In this document: piece after piece, positions 31,833 through 46,991 of the stretch | How positions within the stretch are numbered: position 1 is the first letter of the stretch | Layout of the letters: every line of letters starts with the position of its first letter | Assembly: GCA_033582675.1 (NCBI GenBank) | Contig: JAVQZY010000025.1 | Location: 18,850 to 82,849 of the forward strand | Source of the DNA: Burkholderiales bacterium | Lineage (GTDB): Bacteria; Pseudomonadota; Gammaproteobacteria; Burkholderiales; SG8-39 | Direction: 5' to 3' | DNA length: 64,000 nt | Notes under the pieces: generated by a model | Database searches by the model: none | Seen by the model: the letters and a program-made list of their open reading frames with translations, nothing else | What the model was told of the DNA's origin: nothing | Translations under genes and position numbers: made by a program

Positions 31833-33106
31833 CGCTTTTTCGCTTCCTCGTTGCGCCGGCGCAGCTCGGCGAGCCGCTCGCGGATGCGCGCTTCCAGCCC
31901 CCGTTCGGTCGGCCGGTACCACTCGACCGCGGGCATGCCGTCCGGAAGGTAGCGCTCGCCGGCGGCGAACGCGTCGGGCTCGTCGTGCGCGTAGCGGTAG
32001 CCGCGGCCGTAGCCGAGCGCCTGCATGAGGCGCGTCGGCGCGTTGCGCAGATGGAGCGGGACCGGCCGCGTGCCGTCCGCGGCGACGAACGCGCGCGCCG
32101 CATTATAGGCAACATAGACCGCGTTCGATTTCGGGCAGCAGGCTAGGTAGAGCACCGCTTGCGCGAGCGCGAGCTCGCCTTCGGGCGAGCCGAGGCGCTC
32201 GTACGCCTCGCAGGCGTCGAGCGCAACGCGCAGCGCCCGCGGATCGGCGAGCCCCACGTCCTCGGTCGCCATGCGTACGATCCGCCGGCCGAGGTAGCGG
32301 GGATCGGCGCCGCCGTCCAGCATGCGCACAAACCAGTAAAGCGACGCGTCCGGATCGGAGCCGCGCACCGACTTGTGAAGCGCCGAAATCTGGTCGTAGA
32401 ACTGCTCGCCGCCCTTGTCGAAGCGGCGCAGGTCGCGCGCGAGCGTCTGCTCGAGGAGCGCCGCGTCGACGGTGCCCTCGGGCCGCGCGGCGATCACGAG
32501 CTCGATCGCGTTGAGCAGCCTGCGCGCATCTCCGTCGGCGAACCCGATCAGGCGCTCGCGTGCTTGCGGCTCGAGCGCGATCCCGGTGCGCTCGACGAGG
32601 GCGCCGAGGTCCTCGGGCGAGAGCGGCTCGAGCACATAGACGGCCGCGCGCGAAAGGAGCGCCCCCACCACCTCGAACGACGGGTTCTCGGTGGTCGCGC
32701 CGATGAACGCAAAGAGGCCCCGCTCCACGTAGGGCAGGAACGCGTCCTGCTGCGCCTTGTTGAAGCGGTGCACCTCGTCGACGAAAACGATCGTACGCCG
32801 CCCGCGCGCGGCCGCCGCCTCGGCCGCCTCGACCGCCGCACGGATGTCTTTTACGCCCGAGAGCACCGCCGAGAGCGCGATGAACTGGGCGTCGAACTCC
32901 TGCGCGAGCAGGCGGGCGATCGTCGTCTTGCCGCACCCCGGCGGACCCCACAGGATCATCGAGTGGGGCTTGCCCGACTCGATCGCGACCCGCAGGGGTT
33001 TGCCTGGCCCGAGCAGGTGCCGCTGGCCCACGACCTCGGCGAGCGTCTTCGGGCGCAGCCGCTCGGCGAGCGGCGCCTGCGGACGCTCAGCGCTCGCCGA
33101 GAACAT
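31829..33106 (-). CDS. rarA: Replication-associated recombination protein A
   Basis: [53 protein letters not shown]. Confidence 0.95.
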
Positions 33107-33734
33107 CGACGCCCCGCGGCGGCGTGAAGCGGAACGTTTCCGGGTCCACCTGCGGATTGCGCACGAGGCGCGCGAAACGCAGCACCGTCGTCTGGCCGAA
33201 GTGGTCGGTGAGCTCCATCGCGCCGATGCCGGCGACGTCCATGCCGATGCGGATGCGCTCGAAGCCGGCGTCGCGGTCCTTCGGTCGCGCCTCGATCCAC
33301 GCGAGCCCTTCGGCCGTGCCGGCCTCGGCGAGCTCGAACGCCTCGCTCGCGTCCGACGCCCCGGCAAGAAGCGCCGCCGGCGTCGCGCCGAGCGCGCGCG
33401 ACATGCGCCGCACCGTCACCTGGTTCAGGTCGCGGTCGTGGATCCACAGCCGCTCGCCGTCGGCGACGATCACCTGCGCGTAGGGCTGGACATACGTCCA
33501 GCGAAACCGTCCGGGGCGCTGGAACACGAAGCGGCCGCTCGCCTGCTGCACGAGCCTGCGTTCGCGGTCGAACACCTTCTGCTCGAAGTCGGCCGCGGCC
33601 GACTGCGTGGTGCGCAGAAACGCGCGGAAGCGCTCGATGCCGGAAGCCTGCGCCGCCCCCGCCGCGACGAGCAGCGCGAGCGCCGCGGCCGCGGCGCAGC
33701 CGGCGCGCGCGCGCGCGCGTTGGGCCACGCGCAT
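33087..33734 (-). CDS. lolA: Outer-membrane lipoprotein carrier LolA
   Basis: Signal peptide, [30 protein letters not shown]. Position between ftsK and rarA. Confidence 0.92.
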   Translation of the reverse strand: MRVAQRARARAGCAAAAALALLVAAGAAQASGIERFRAFLRTTQSAAADFEQKVFDRERRLVQQASGRFVFQRPGRFRWTYVQPYAQVIVADGERLWIHDRDLNQVTVRRMSRALGATPAALLAGASDASEAFELAEAGTAEGLAWIEARPKDRDAGFERIRIGMDVAGIGAMELTDHFGQTTVLRFARLVRNPQVDPETFRFTPPRGVDVLGER

Positions 33735-38235
<4,501 letters not shown>

Positions 38236-38253
38236 GCGCGGCGCGCGCGGGCG

Positions 38254-38655
38254 CTAGCGCACGCGCAGCAGCCTGCGCGCGGGCTCGAGCGCGACGGTCG
38301 CGCCGTCGGGAACGCGCGCGGTGACGTCCTCGGCGAAGCCGGCAAACAGCGTCAGCTCGGCGAACACCGCGCCCTGCACGAGGATCGGGTTCACGCTATT
38401 GAACACGAGCGCGAGCGGCGCGACGCCGCGCGCGGCCATCTCGCGCAGCATCCAGGCGCTCGCCACCCCGCCCTTCGCGGTGTCGAGCACGAGGATCCTT
38501 CCGACGTAGGACCGGCCGGCGAGCTTGTGCGTCGGCCGCGAAACCGTCCCGGCGCTGCGGTCGAGGTCGTAGCGCGCGGAAAAACCGTCTTTCGCGACGA
38601 GCGCGATCCCTTCGACCGGGCGGCCGGTCGCGTAGCGCGCGACCAGTTCGATCAC
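38254..38655 (-). CDS. Aconitase X small (swivel, DUF126) subunit
   Basis: VEGIALV, GRILVL...KGG, APLALVF, ILVQGA. GTGA-coupled to the large subunit. Confidence 0.8.
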   Translation of the reverse strand: MIELVARYATGRPVEGIALVAKDGFSARYDLDRSAGTVSRPTHKLAGRSYVGRILVLDTAKGGVASAWMLREMAARGVAPLALVFNSVNPILVQGAVFAELTLFAGFAEDVTARVPDGATVALEPARRLLRVR

Positions 38656-39881
38656 CGCAGCCGCCCCGTCTCGGCCGCTTCCACGCACTCCTCCATCGAG
38701 GCGAGCAGCGGCAGGTAACCGTAGCCGCCGAGAATGTTCGCGAGTTTCACGCTGTTCGTCGCGAGCCGCTTCCAGCCGTTCGCCTCCGCGATCTCGCGCG
38801 CGTACGACTGGTAAAAGCACATGCCGGCGAGCACGTGGCCGCCCGCGGCTTCGATCGCGGCGGTGTAGCCCATGCGGTCGGCGTCGGGCTTGACCTGGGG
38901 ACTGGTGACCGCAAGAAGCGGCTTGCGGAACCGGCGGCCGTCGCACAGCGCCGCGAGCGCCCGAAGCTCGTAGAGCGAAAGCTGCGGCGCGGAGAACACC
39001 ACGACGTCGACCTCGCGCTCGCCGCGGTACGCGCCGACGAGCGCGCGTACGTCGGCCTCGCCGACGCGGTGCGCAAGCGGCAGGCGCTCGCCGCCGCAGT
39101 CCGAAAGGCGCGTCGCCTCGGGCGTAATCCCGACGAGGTGAAACATCGCCACCGAACCGAAACTCGCCATCGCGGCGCCGAAATGCTTGAGGGCGTCGGA
39201 GCCCGGCACCGTATCCACGCCCTCGATCGCCGGCACCTGCCAGTAGTTGCCCGCAAGCCGCCCGATCAGCGCACCGAGCGCGCCCCAGTCGTTCAACGCG
39301 CGCGGCGCGAACTCGACGCGCACGCGCAGCGTCGCCCGGCGCGCGGCCTCGAGATGAAACCCGTAGCGCGGCGTGCGGCCGGTGAGGCCGGCGGCGAGCG
39401 CCGAGGGCCCGCCCTCGAAATTCGAGCGCGCGCCGCAGACCGAATTCGCGTAGATCACGACGCCGGTGTCGCCGAAGGCGACCGATTCGCCGCGCACCGG
39501 CGGCTGGACCGTCTGGTAGTGGATGCACGTGTCGGTGAGCGAAACCCCGAGCGCGCGCAGCGCGGCGATCGCGCGCCGCTCGAGCGCGAGCATCCAGTCG
39601 GCCTGGCCGAGCAGCGCGGCTTTTGCGAAATCGGTGCCGCGCGGGTCGGTGAGGGTCGGCACCCGCACCCGCGCGCCCGGCTCGCGCGCGAGCGCCTCCA
39701 GCCACTCGACGCCCGAGCGCCCGAGGCTTTCGGTGTCGGCCATCACGTGCGCCTGCGTGACCTCGACGAAATCGGCGGCGCCGAAGAACTCGCCGACGCG
39801 GATCTGGTGCTCGATCGCGATCTGCGCCGCGCGACCGAGCGCACCGGCGCGCATCGCGCGTTCGAGGTCGTTCAGCTTCAC
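38652..39881 (-). CDS. Aconitase X catalytic (DUF521) subunit
   Basis: VTQAH, VPTLTDP, TDTCIHY, YANSVCGARSNFEGG, GRTPRYG, MFHLVGITPEA, ATNSVK. Confidence 0.85.
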   Translation of the reverse strand: MKLNDLERAMRAGALGRAAQIAIEHQIRVGEFFGAADFVEVTQAHVMADTESLGRSGVEWLEALAREPGARVRVPTLTDPRGTDFAKAALLGQADWMLALERRAIAALRALGVSLTDTCIHYQTVQPPVRGESVAFGDTGVVIYANSVCGARSNFEGGPSALAAGLTGRTPRYGFHLEAARRATLRVRVEFAPRALNDWGALGALIGRLAGNYWQVPAIEGVDTVPGSDALKHFGAAMASFGSVAMFHLVGITPEATRLSDCGGERLPLAHRVGEADVRALVGAYRGEREVDVVVFSAPQLSLYELRALAALCDGRRFRKPLLAVTSPQVKPDADRMGYTAAIEAAGGHVLAGMCFYQSYAREIAEANGWKRLATNSVKLANILGGYGYLPLLASMEECVEAAETGRLR

Positions 39882-39922
39882 GCGCGCCCTGCGGCGGCGC
39901 GGCGGAGGCGCCGGCGCACGCG

Positions 39923-40282
<360 letters not shown>

Positions 40283-40342
40283 CTATTGTACAACCGATGA
40301 TCGCGCGCGGTCGCCGCGCGCGCCTCATCGCCGTTAGCCCCC

Positions 40343-41487
40343 ATGGCGCGCGCACGCCTGCGTATCGCCGAGTCGCTCGCTGAGGTCGCACCCGCCGCCT
40401 GGGACGCGCTCGCCGAGGGCGATCCGTTCGCGAGCCACGCGTTTCTTTCGGCGCTCGTCGAAACCGGCTGCGCGAGCGCGGCGAGCGGCTGGCGGCCGCG
40501 TTTTCTGCTCCTTGAGCGCGACGGCGCGCTCGCGGCGGCGATGCCGCTCTTCGAAAAGTCCCACTCGTGGGGCGAATACGTGTTCGACTGGGCGTGGGCC
40601 GACGCCCACCGCCGCGCGGGCCTCGCCTACTACCCGAAGCTCGTGTGCGCGGTGCCCTTCACCCCGGTCGCCGGGCCGCGGCTGCTCGCGCGCGAGCCGG
40701 CCGACCGCGCGAGGCTCATCGAGGCGGCGCTCGAACTGGCGCGCGCGGCCTCCTCGCTGCACGTGCTTTTTCCGCACGCGCCGGACGCCGCGTTTCTCGA
40801 GGCGCGCGGGCTGATTTTGCGCCGCGCGGTGCAGTTTCACTGGTCGAACGCCGGTTACGCGGATTTCGACGAGTTTCCTTGCGAGCCTCAGCGCGCACCG
40901 GCGCAAGGTGATCCGCCAGGAGCGGCGCCGGGTGCGCGAGGCGGGCGTGCGGCTGCGGCGCCTGCGCGGGCAGGAGATCGAGCGCGCGCACTGGGAATTC
41001 TTCGCGCGCTGCTACCGCCGCACCTACGCCGAACACGGCATGCGACCGTACCTGAACCTCGAGTTCTTCCTGCGCATCGGCGCAACGATGCCCGCGCAGC
41101 TCGTGCTCGTCCTCGCCGAGCGCGGCGCGCAGCCGATCGGCTGCGCCCTCTTCGTCGAATCGGCAAGGGCGCTCTACGGCCGTTACTGGGGTGCGCTCGA
41201 GCCGGTGCCGTTCCTGCATTTCGAGTGCTGCTACTACCAAGGGCATCGAGTACGCGATCGAGCGGCGTCTTGCGCGCTTCGAGGGCGGCGCGCAGGGCGT
41301 GCACAAGCTCGCGCGCGGGCTGCTTCCGGTCGAGACGGTCTCGGCGCACTGGCTCGCGCACCCGCGCCTTGCGCGCGCGGTCGCGGCGGCGGTCGCGCGC
41401 GAGCGCGCAGAACTCGAGCGCTGCGTGCACGAGCTCGCCGAGCGCTCGCCCTTTCGCGCACCGCCCGAAGGCACACCGCGCCTATAA
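40343..41487 (+). CDS. FemAB-like GNAT protein, DUF482 (indels near 40880 and 41240)
   Basis: KSHSWGEYVFDWAWA, YYPKL, SSLHVLF, LYGRYWG, LHFECCYYQ, FEGGAQGVHKLARG. Confidence 0.88.
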
Positions 41488-41510
41488 TGCGCCGCCAGAA
41501 GGAGGCGACG

Positions 41511-42272
41511 ATGCGACTGAAGGGCAAGGTGGCGATCGTGACGGGCGCGGCGAGCGGGTTCGGCGAAGGGATCGCGCGGCGCTTCGCCGAGGAGGGCGCG
41601 GGCGTCGCGGTCGCCGACGTCAACGCCGCGGGCGGCCAGCGCGTCGCGGGCGAAATCGCGACCGCGGGCGGAAGAGCGATCTTCGTGCACGCGGACGTGA
41701 CGCGCGCGGCCGACTGGGCGAAGCTCGTCGGCGCCGCGCAGTCGGCCTTCGGACGCCTGGACATCGTCGTCAACAACGCCGGCTGGACGCATCGCAACAA
41801 GCCTTTTCTGGAAGTCACCGAGGAGGAGTTCGACCGCGTCTACGCGGTGAACGTGAAGAGCGTGTACCTATCGGCGCAGCACGCGCTGCCGGTGTTCCGC
41901 CGCCAGGGCGGCGGCTGCTTCGTCAACGTCGCCTCGACCGCGGGCGTGCGCCCGCGCCCCGGGCTGACGGTCTACAACAGCTCCAAGGGGGCGGTGATCC
42001 TGCTGTCGAAGTCGATGGCTGCCGAGTTCGGGCCGGACAACGTCCGCGTCAACTGCGTCAACCCGGTCTTCAGCCCGATGACCGGGCTCTCGGCGGAGTT
42101 CGCCGGCGGCGCGGTCACCGAGGAGGCGAAGCAGCGCTTTCTCGCCACGATTCCGCTCGGGCGCTTTTCGACGCCGCTCGACGTCGCGAACGCGTGCCTG
42201 TACCTCGCCTCGGACGAGGCGGCGTTCGTAAGCGGCGTGTGCCTCGAGGTGGACGGGGCGCGCTGCGTCTAG
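41511..42272 (+). CDS. Short-chain dehydrogenase/reductase
   Basis: SD AAGGAGG, TGAASGFG, NNAG, YNSSKG, EVDGARC. Confidence 0.9.
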   Translation: MRLKGKVAIVTGAASGFGEGIARRFAEEGAGVAVADVNAAGGQRVAGEIATAGGRAIFVHADVTRAADWAKLVGAAQSAFGRLDIVVNNAGWTHRNKPFLEVTEEEFDRVYAVNVKSVYLSAQHALPVFRRQGGGCFVNVASTAGVRPRPGLTVYNSSKGAVILLSKSMAAEFGPDNVRVNCVNPVFSPMTGLSAEFAGGAVTEEAKQRFLATIPLGRFSTPLDVANACLYLASDEAAFVSGVCLEVDGARCV

Positions 42273-42463
42273 CCGCCCTGCAGCTTGCGGTCAGCGAGCT
42301 CGCGAAAAAACGCTTCGTGATCGCGCAGGTCGAGCAGGAACGCCCGTTCCTGCTCGTCGGCGATCGGCCGGTGCATGCGCAGCGCCTGCAGGCCGTCGAG
42401 CACCTGGCGGATGCGCTCAATGCTCGCTTCTTCCACGAACCGGCGGATCTGCGATCGAGTCAT
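42269..42463 (-). CDS. Small hypothetical helical protein, in frame with the upstream ugpB-like ORF
   Basis: ATG 42463 gives a protein-like 64-aa segment after a low-complexity stretch. May be a separate gene. Confidence 0.4.
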   Translation of the reverse strand: MTRSQIRRFVEEASIERIRQVLDGLQALRMHRPIADEQERAFLLDLRDHEAFFRELADRKLQGG

Positions 42464-43999
42464 CGTGCGGTCTTGAGCGGGAGCGTTCGATGCGCCGGCG
42501 CGCTCGCCGGCGCAGACGGGCCGATTTTCGCCGAATCGTTGCGCTGCGCAAGCCGCCGCACGCGCCGCGCCGCCGTCGCCGGCGGCCGTCGGCCGCTTTT
42601 GCGCTCCCGGCTGGCGTCGCGACCGGCGCCCCGAGCCCTCCGGCTTCGCCTGATTCGGCGTCGGCCTGCCCGGCGCGCGGGGGGCCGGTGCGGCGCCCGC
42701 GCGCTGCGCCGCCTCGAAGCGGCGAAGCAGCGCGTTGCCGCGTGCGGCCGCCTCGTCCAGCGCGAGCTTGGGCGGCTTGTCGCCCTGAATAGCCGCCTCG
42801 AGCGCCTCTTCGACGATCGCGCGGATCGCGGCGAATTCGCCGAGGCGGATCCCTCGCGATTCGCGCGTCGGCACGTTGAGCGAGAGCTGCCGGATCGCCA
42901 CCTCGTGCGCCGGCGCGGCGTCGTAAAAGCCCTGCGCGCGCGCGCGCTCGTAGGCGGCGCGCGTGACCGGCACGAACCCGGTGCGCTGGTGCCACTCGAC
43001 CTGCACCTCGGGGCGCGCGAGGAAGGCGAGGAACCGCGCCGCACCGCGCGTCTGCTCCGCCGGGCGGCCGGCGAGGATCCAGAGGCCGCCGCCGCCGATC
43101 AGCGAGTGGTGCGGCGCGCCGCGCACGTCGTCGTAGTACGGCAGCGGCGCGACGCCCAGCTCGAACTGCGCCTCGCGCTTGAGCGCGGCGTAACTCGCCG
43201 AGGACGCCGTCAGCATCGCGCACTCGCCGCTCGCGAAGCGCCGCTCGCCCTCCAGCCGCCGGCCGCTGTAGGTGAAGTAACCCGAGCGCGCCCACGAGGC
43301 GAGCATCGACACGTGCCGCACCACGAGGTGGGTGTTGAACACGAGCTTCGCGTCCAGCCCGCCGAGCCCGTTGTCGCGCGTCGCGAAGTCCTGCCGGTGC
43401 CAAGTGCTCATGTTCTCCACGTGCACCCACGCCGGCCAGGTGGTCGTATAGGCGCACTTGAGCCCCGCCTCGAGCAGCTCGCCCATCGCGCGCGGCATTT
43501 CGTACCAGGTGCGCGGCGGGCGCTCCGGATCGAGCCCGGCGCGACGGAACGCCGCACGGTTGTAGAACAGCACCGGCGTCGAGATGTTGAACGGCAGCGC
43601 GAGGAGCCTGCCCTCGGCGTCGGAAAAATAGCCCGCGACCGCCGGAAGGAACTGACGCGCGTCGATTCTCTCGCCCGCCTCGGCGGCCGCCTGCCACAGA
43701 GGCCGCCAGGCGCCCTTCGCAGCGATCAGCTGCGCTGTGCCGAGCTCGTAGACCTGAACGAGCTCGGGGCCTGCGCCGGCGCGCTGCGCCTCGATCGCCG
43801 CGGCGAGCGTGCGCTCGTAGTCGCCCCTGCGTTCGGCGACGACGCGCACGGTGTTCTGCGACGCGTTGAAGCGCTCGACGAGGCTCTCGAGCGCCTCGCC
43901 GAGCGCCCCGTCCATCGCGTGCCAGAACCTCACTTCGGTCTGCGCCTCGGCGCCGCAGGCGGCGAACGCGAGGAAAAAACACGCGGCGGCTTTATGCAT
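42269..43999 (-). CDS. ugpB: sn-glycerol-3-phosphate-type ABC substrate-binding protein (true end uncertain, domain ends near 42700)
   Basis: Signal peptide, FWHAMDG, QVYELGT, LPFNISTPVLFYN, SLIGGGGLW, WHQRTGFVP, RGIRLG. Confidence 0.75.
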   Translation of the reverse strand: MHKAAACFFLAFAACGAEAQTEVRFWHAMDGALGEALESLVERFNASQNTVRVVAERRGDYERTLAAAIEAQRAGAGPELVQVYELGTAQLIAAKGAWRPLWQAAAEAGERIDARQFLPAVAGYFSDAEGRLLALPFNISTPVLFYNRAAFRRAGLDPERPPRTWYEMPRAMGELLEAGLKCAYTTTWPAWVHVENMSTWHRQDFATRDNGLGGLDAKLVFNTHLVVRHVSMLASWARSGYFTYSGRRLEGERRFASGECAMLTASSASYAALKREAQFELGVAPLPYYDDVRGAPHHSLIGGGGLWILAGRPAEQTRGAARFLAFLARPEVQVEWHQRTGFVPVTRAAYERARAQGFYDAAPAHEVAIRQLSLNVPTRESRGIRLGEFAAIRAIVEEALEAAIQGDKPPKLALDEAAARGNALLRRFEAAQRAGAAPAPRAPGRPTPNQAKPEGSGRRSRRQPGAQKRPTAAGDGGAARAAACAAQRFGENRPVCAGERAGASNAPAQDRTMTRSQIRRFVEEASIERIRQVLDGLQALRMHRPIADEQERAFLLDLRDHEAFFRELADRKLQGG

Positions 44000-44007
44000 C
44001 GGCGCGC

Positions 44008-44017
44008 ATTGTATGAT
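44008..44017. promoter_or_regulatory. Symmetric bidirectional -10 element for ugpB and the amidase
   Basis: ATTGTATGAT reads TATGAT (+) and TACAAT (-). Each is 8 nt from its ATG in a 26-bp intergenic gap. Confidence 0.65.
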
Positions 44018-44025
44018 GCCGCCGC

Positions 44026-45423
44026 ATGGCCGAAATCCACGAACTGAGCGCGCTCGAGATAGCGGCGCAGTACGCGCGCCGGGCGCTCTCGCCGGTCGAG
44101 GCGACGCGCGCCTGTCTTGCGCGCATCGAGGCCTGCGAGCCGAAGCTGAACGCGATGTACCGGGTGAGCGCCGAACAGGCGCTCGCGGCGGCGCGCGAAT
44201 CGGAGGCGCGTTGGCGCGCGGGCGCGCCGCGCTCGCCCCTCGACGGCGTGCCAGTGACGGTCAAGGAGAACATCTACACCCGCGGCGATCCGGCGCCGAT
44301 CGGCACGCGCGCGAACGAGGACGCGCCGCCCCAGCCCGAGGACGCGCCTCCGGCGGCGCGGCTGCGCGAGGCGGGCTGCGTCATCCTCGGCAAGACCACG
44401 ATGCCGGACTTCGGCATGCTCTCCTCGGGCGTCTCGAGCCTTCACGGCGTCACGCGCAACCCGTGGCGGCTCGACCGCAATCCGTCCGGCTCGAGCTCCG
44501 GCGCGGCGGCGGCCGCCGCCGCGGGCTACGCCCCGCTTCACGTCGGAACCGACATCGGCGGCTCGGTGCGGCTGCCGGCGACGCACTGCGGCATCTTCGC
44601 GCTGAAACCCAGTCTCGGGCGCGTGCCGATTTATCCGCCCTACATCGGCCGCGTCGCCGGCCCGATGACGCGCACGGTCGCGGATTCCGCGGCGCTCATG
44701 AACGTGCTCGCAAAGCCCGATGCGCGCGACTTCATGAGCCTGCCTTACGAGGCGCAGGACTACACGGCGCTCGCGGGCTTCGAGCCGAAAGGACTGCGCA
44801 TCGGCCTGCTCGCCGACATGCGCGTCGGCCTTGCGCCGCATCCCGAGGTGCGCGCCGCGGCGGCCGCAGCCGCGCGGGCGCTGGAAGCCGCTGGCGCGCG
44901 AGTCGAGGAGATGGCCTCGTTTCTTTCGGCCGAATTGTTCGACGGCATGGCGCGCTTTTTCGAAGCGCGCTCGTACCACGATCTTTGCCTGATGCCGCCC
45001 GAGAAACAGGCGAAGGTGCTGCCGTTCGTCGTCGAGTGGTGCTCGTGGCGGGCGCGCGAGTTCACCGGCCGCGACGTGATGGCGGCCTACGGCTGCTACG
45101 TCGCGCTGCGCGATGCGGCGGTGGCGGCGACCCGTCGCTTCGATTACGTGATCTCGCCGGTCTCGCCGATCCTTCCCTACGAGGCGGAACTGCCCTCGCC
45201 GACCAACGATCCCCGCAACGCGATGCCGCACATCGCGTTCACCGTCCCTTGGAACATGTCCGAGCAGCCGGCGGCGTCGGTCAACTGGACGTACTCGGCC
45301 GACGGCCTTCCGATCGGCGTTCAAGTGATCGGCCGACGTTTCGACGACCTCGGCGTACTTCGACTTGCGCGCTGGCTGGAAGGCGTGCGCCCGCCCCAGC
45401 GCCCCTGGCCCGAGGTCGTTTAG
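44026..45423 (+). CDS. Amidase-signature family amidase
   Basis: LDGVPVTVKEN, GKTTMPD, SGSSSG, GTDIGGSVRLPA. Confidence 0.92.
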   Translation: MAEIHELSALEIAAQYARRALSPVEATRACLARIEACEPKLNAMYRVSAEQALAAARESEARWRAGAPRSPLDGVPVTVKENIYTRGDPAPIGTRANEDAPPQPEDAPPAARLREAGCVILGKTTMPDFGMLSSGVSSLHGVTRNPWRLDRNPSGSSSGAAAAAAAGYAPLHVGTDIGGSVRLPATHCGIFALKPSLGRVPIYPPYIGRVAGPMTRTVADSAALMNVLAKPDARDFMSLPYEAQDYTALAGFEPKGLRIGLLADMRVGLAPHPEVRAAAAAAARALEAAGARVEEMASFLSAELFDGMARFFEARSYHDLCLMPPEKQAKVLPFVVEWCSWRAREFTGRDVMAAYGCYVALRDAAVAATRRFDYVISPVSPILPYEAELPSPTNDPRNAMPHIAFTVPWNMSEQPAASVNWTYSADGLPIGVQVIGRRFDDLGVLRLARWLEGVRPPQRPWPEVV

Positions 45424-45435
45424 CGGCGGCCGGCC

Positions 45436-46943
45436 TCAAGGTGCGAACGCCGGCCCGAGCGGCCGCAGCCGCAGGCCCTTGCGCAACCGCTTCCACGGAA
45501 ACTGCGCGGGATCGGCGAGCGCCGGCCCGGGGGCGGTCGCAACGAGCACCTCTTTCGCGATCGGCTCGAAGTCGGCGCGGAAGTGTACCGAGCTCTTCAG
45601 CACGAGGATGCGCTCGCGCTCGGGCTCGACGCCGAGGTGGCGAAACATCTCGCGATCCGCCGCCTGCACCTTGCGCGAGGCGACGGCAGACGCCGCACCC
45701 CCGGCGCGGCGCGGCACCGCAGCAGCGCCATCGGCCCGAGCTGCATGCGAAACCCCCGGAACATCGGTCCGGTGCAGGTAAAGCGCCCGTCGGCGAGCCG
45801 CTCGACCGAAAACTCGCCTTCGAAGGGATAATCGCCCGGAACGCGCGAGCGCCCGCCGAGCGAAAGCGCAAGCGTTGCACCTTCGCCCGCCTCGTGCGCG
45901 CGCCGCGCCGCCTCGGCATCGATGAGCAGGCCGAGCAGCGCCCCGTCCGCGCGCGCGCGAACGAGCGCGGCGAGCATGCCGGTGGTGTCGCCGGCGCCGC
46001 CCGCGCCCGGATTGTCCTGGGTGTCCGCGATCACCACCGGCCGGCCCGGCTCCCCGCGCGCGATCGCGCGCGCGACCGCCTGCTCGGGCGAGTAGAGCTC
46101 GGTCGCAAACTCGGGTTCGGCCTCCGCGACCGCCGCGCGCAGCCTGGCCACCGCATCCTCGACCGCGCCGCGATCGCCGCCGTAGCCTAACACGGTCATG
46201 CCGCACTCCTCGAAATCGGCCATCGGAAAGCCGGGCATGAAGGAAAGCGTCGCGCCGCTTTTGCGCTCAAGGCGCTCGAGCTCGGCATAGAGGCTGCGAC
46301 AGGGCTCGATCGAGGTGCACTGCGACTGCAGCCCGGTGAGGAAGTCGAGCGTCGCGTACGCCTTCGCCGGGCGTGCGCCCCCCGCGAGCATCGCAAGGAG
46401 CAGCCGCGCGGCGCGCGCGCCGGTCGCCGCCATGTCGGTGTGCGGATACGTGCGGTAGCCGACAAGGGCGTCGGCGCGCGCGAACATCGCGCGCGTGACG
46501 TTGCCGTGCAAGTCGAGGCTCGCGACGAGCGGAACGCGCTCGCCGATCACCGCGCGCACGCGCCTAAGCAGCTCGCCCTCGCCGTCGTCGCAGTGCTCGG
46601 CGACCATCGCCCCGTGCAGGTCGAGGTAGACGCCGTCGACCGGCATCGCCGCCGCAAGGCGCGCGAGCAGCTCGCCGGCGATGCGCTCGTACGCCTCGCG
46701 CGTCACGTGCGCCGAGGGACTCGCGGCGGCCCAGGCGGTGCCGACCAGCCGGTGGCCGGCGGCGGCGAGCGTCTCGATCGCTCCTTGCGCCGGGATGTTC
46801 GCCCCTTCGAGCGCCGGAAAAATGCGCTCGCCGTAAGCGACGCCGGGCCATCCGCCGCCCGCCTCGAACTGCGCGTAGTCGGCGCGCGCGGGCGCGAAAG
46901 TGTTCGTTTCGTGCTGAAAACCGCCGATTGCGATCGTGCCCAT
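45436..46943 (-). CDS. M81 (MlrC-like) metallopeptidase (indel near 45690)
   Basis: HETNTF, LDLHGAMV, DGEG, LDLHGN, YRTYPHTD, QDNPGAG, KSSVHFRADF. Confidence 0.9.
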
Positions 46944-46991
46944 GGCGCTGCTACCCTTCCGGTCCCCGAACCGCCCGCGGAGGATTTTCCC

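Noticed and set aside
45436-46943. Microcystin degradation cluster
   Set aside because: Only an MlrC-family gene is present. The family is widespread, and mlrA, mlrB and mlrD are not seen.
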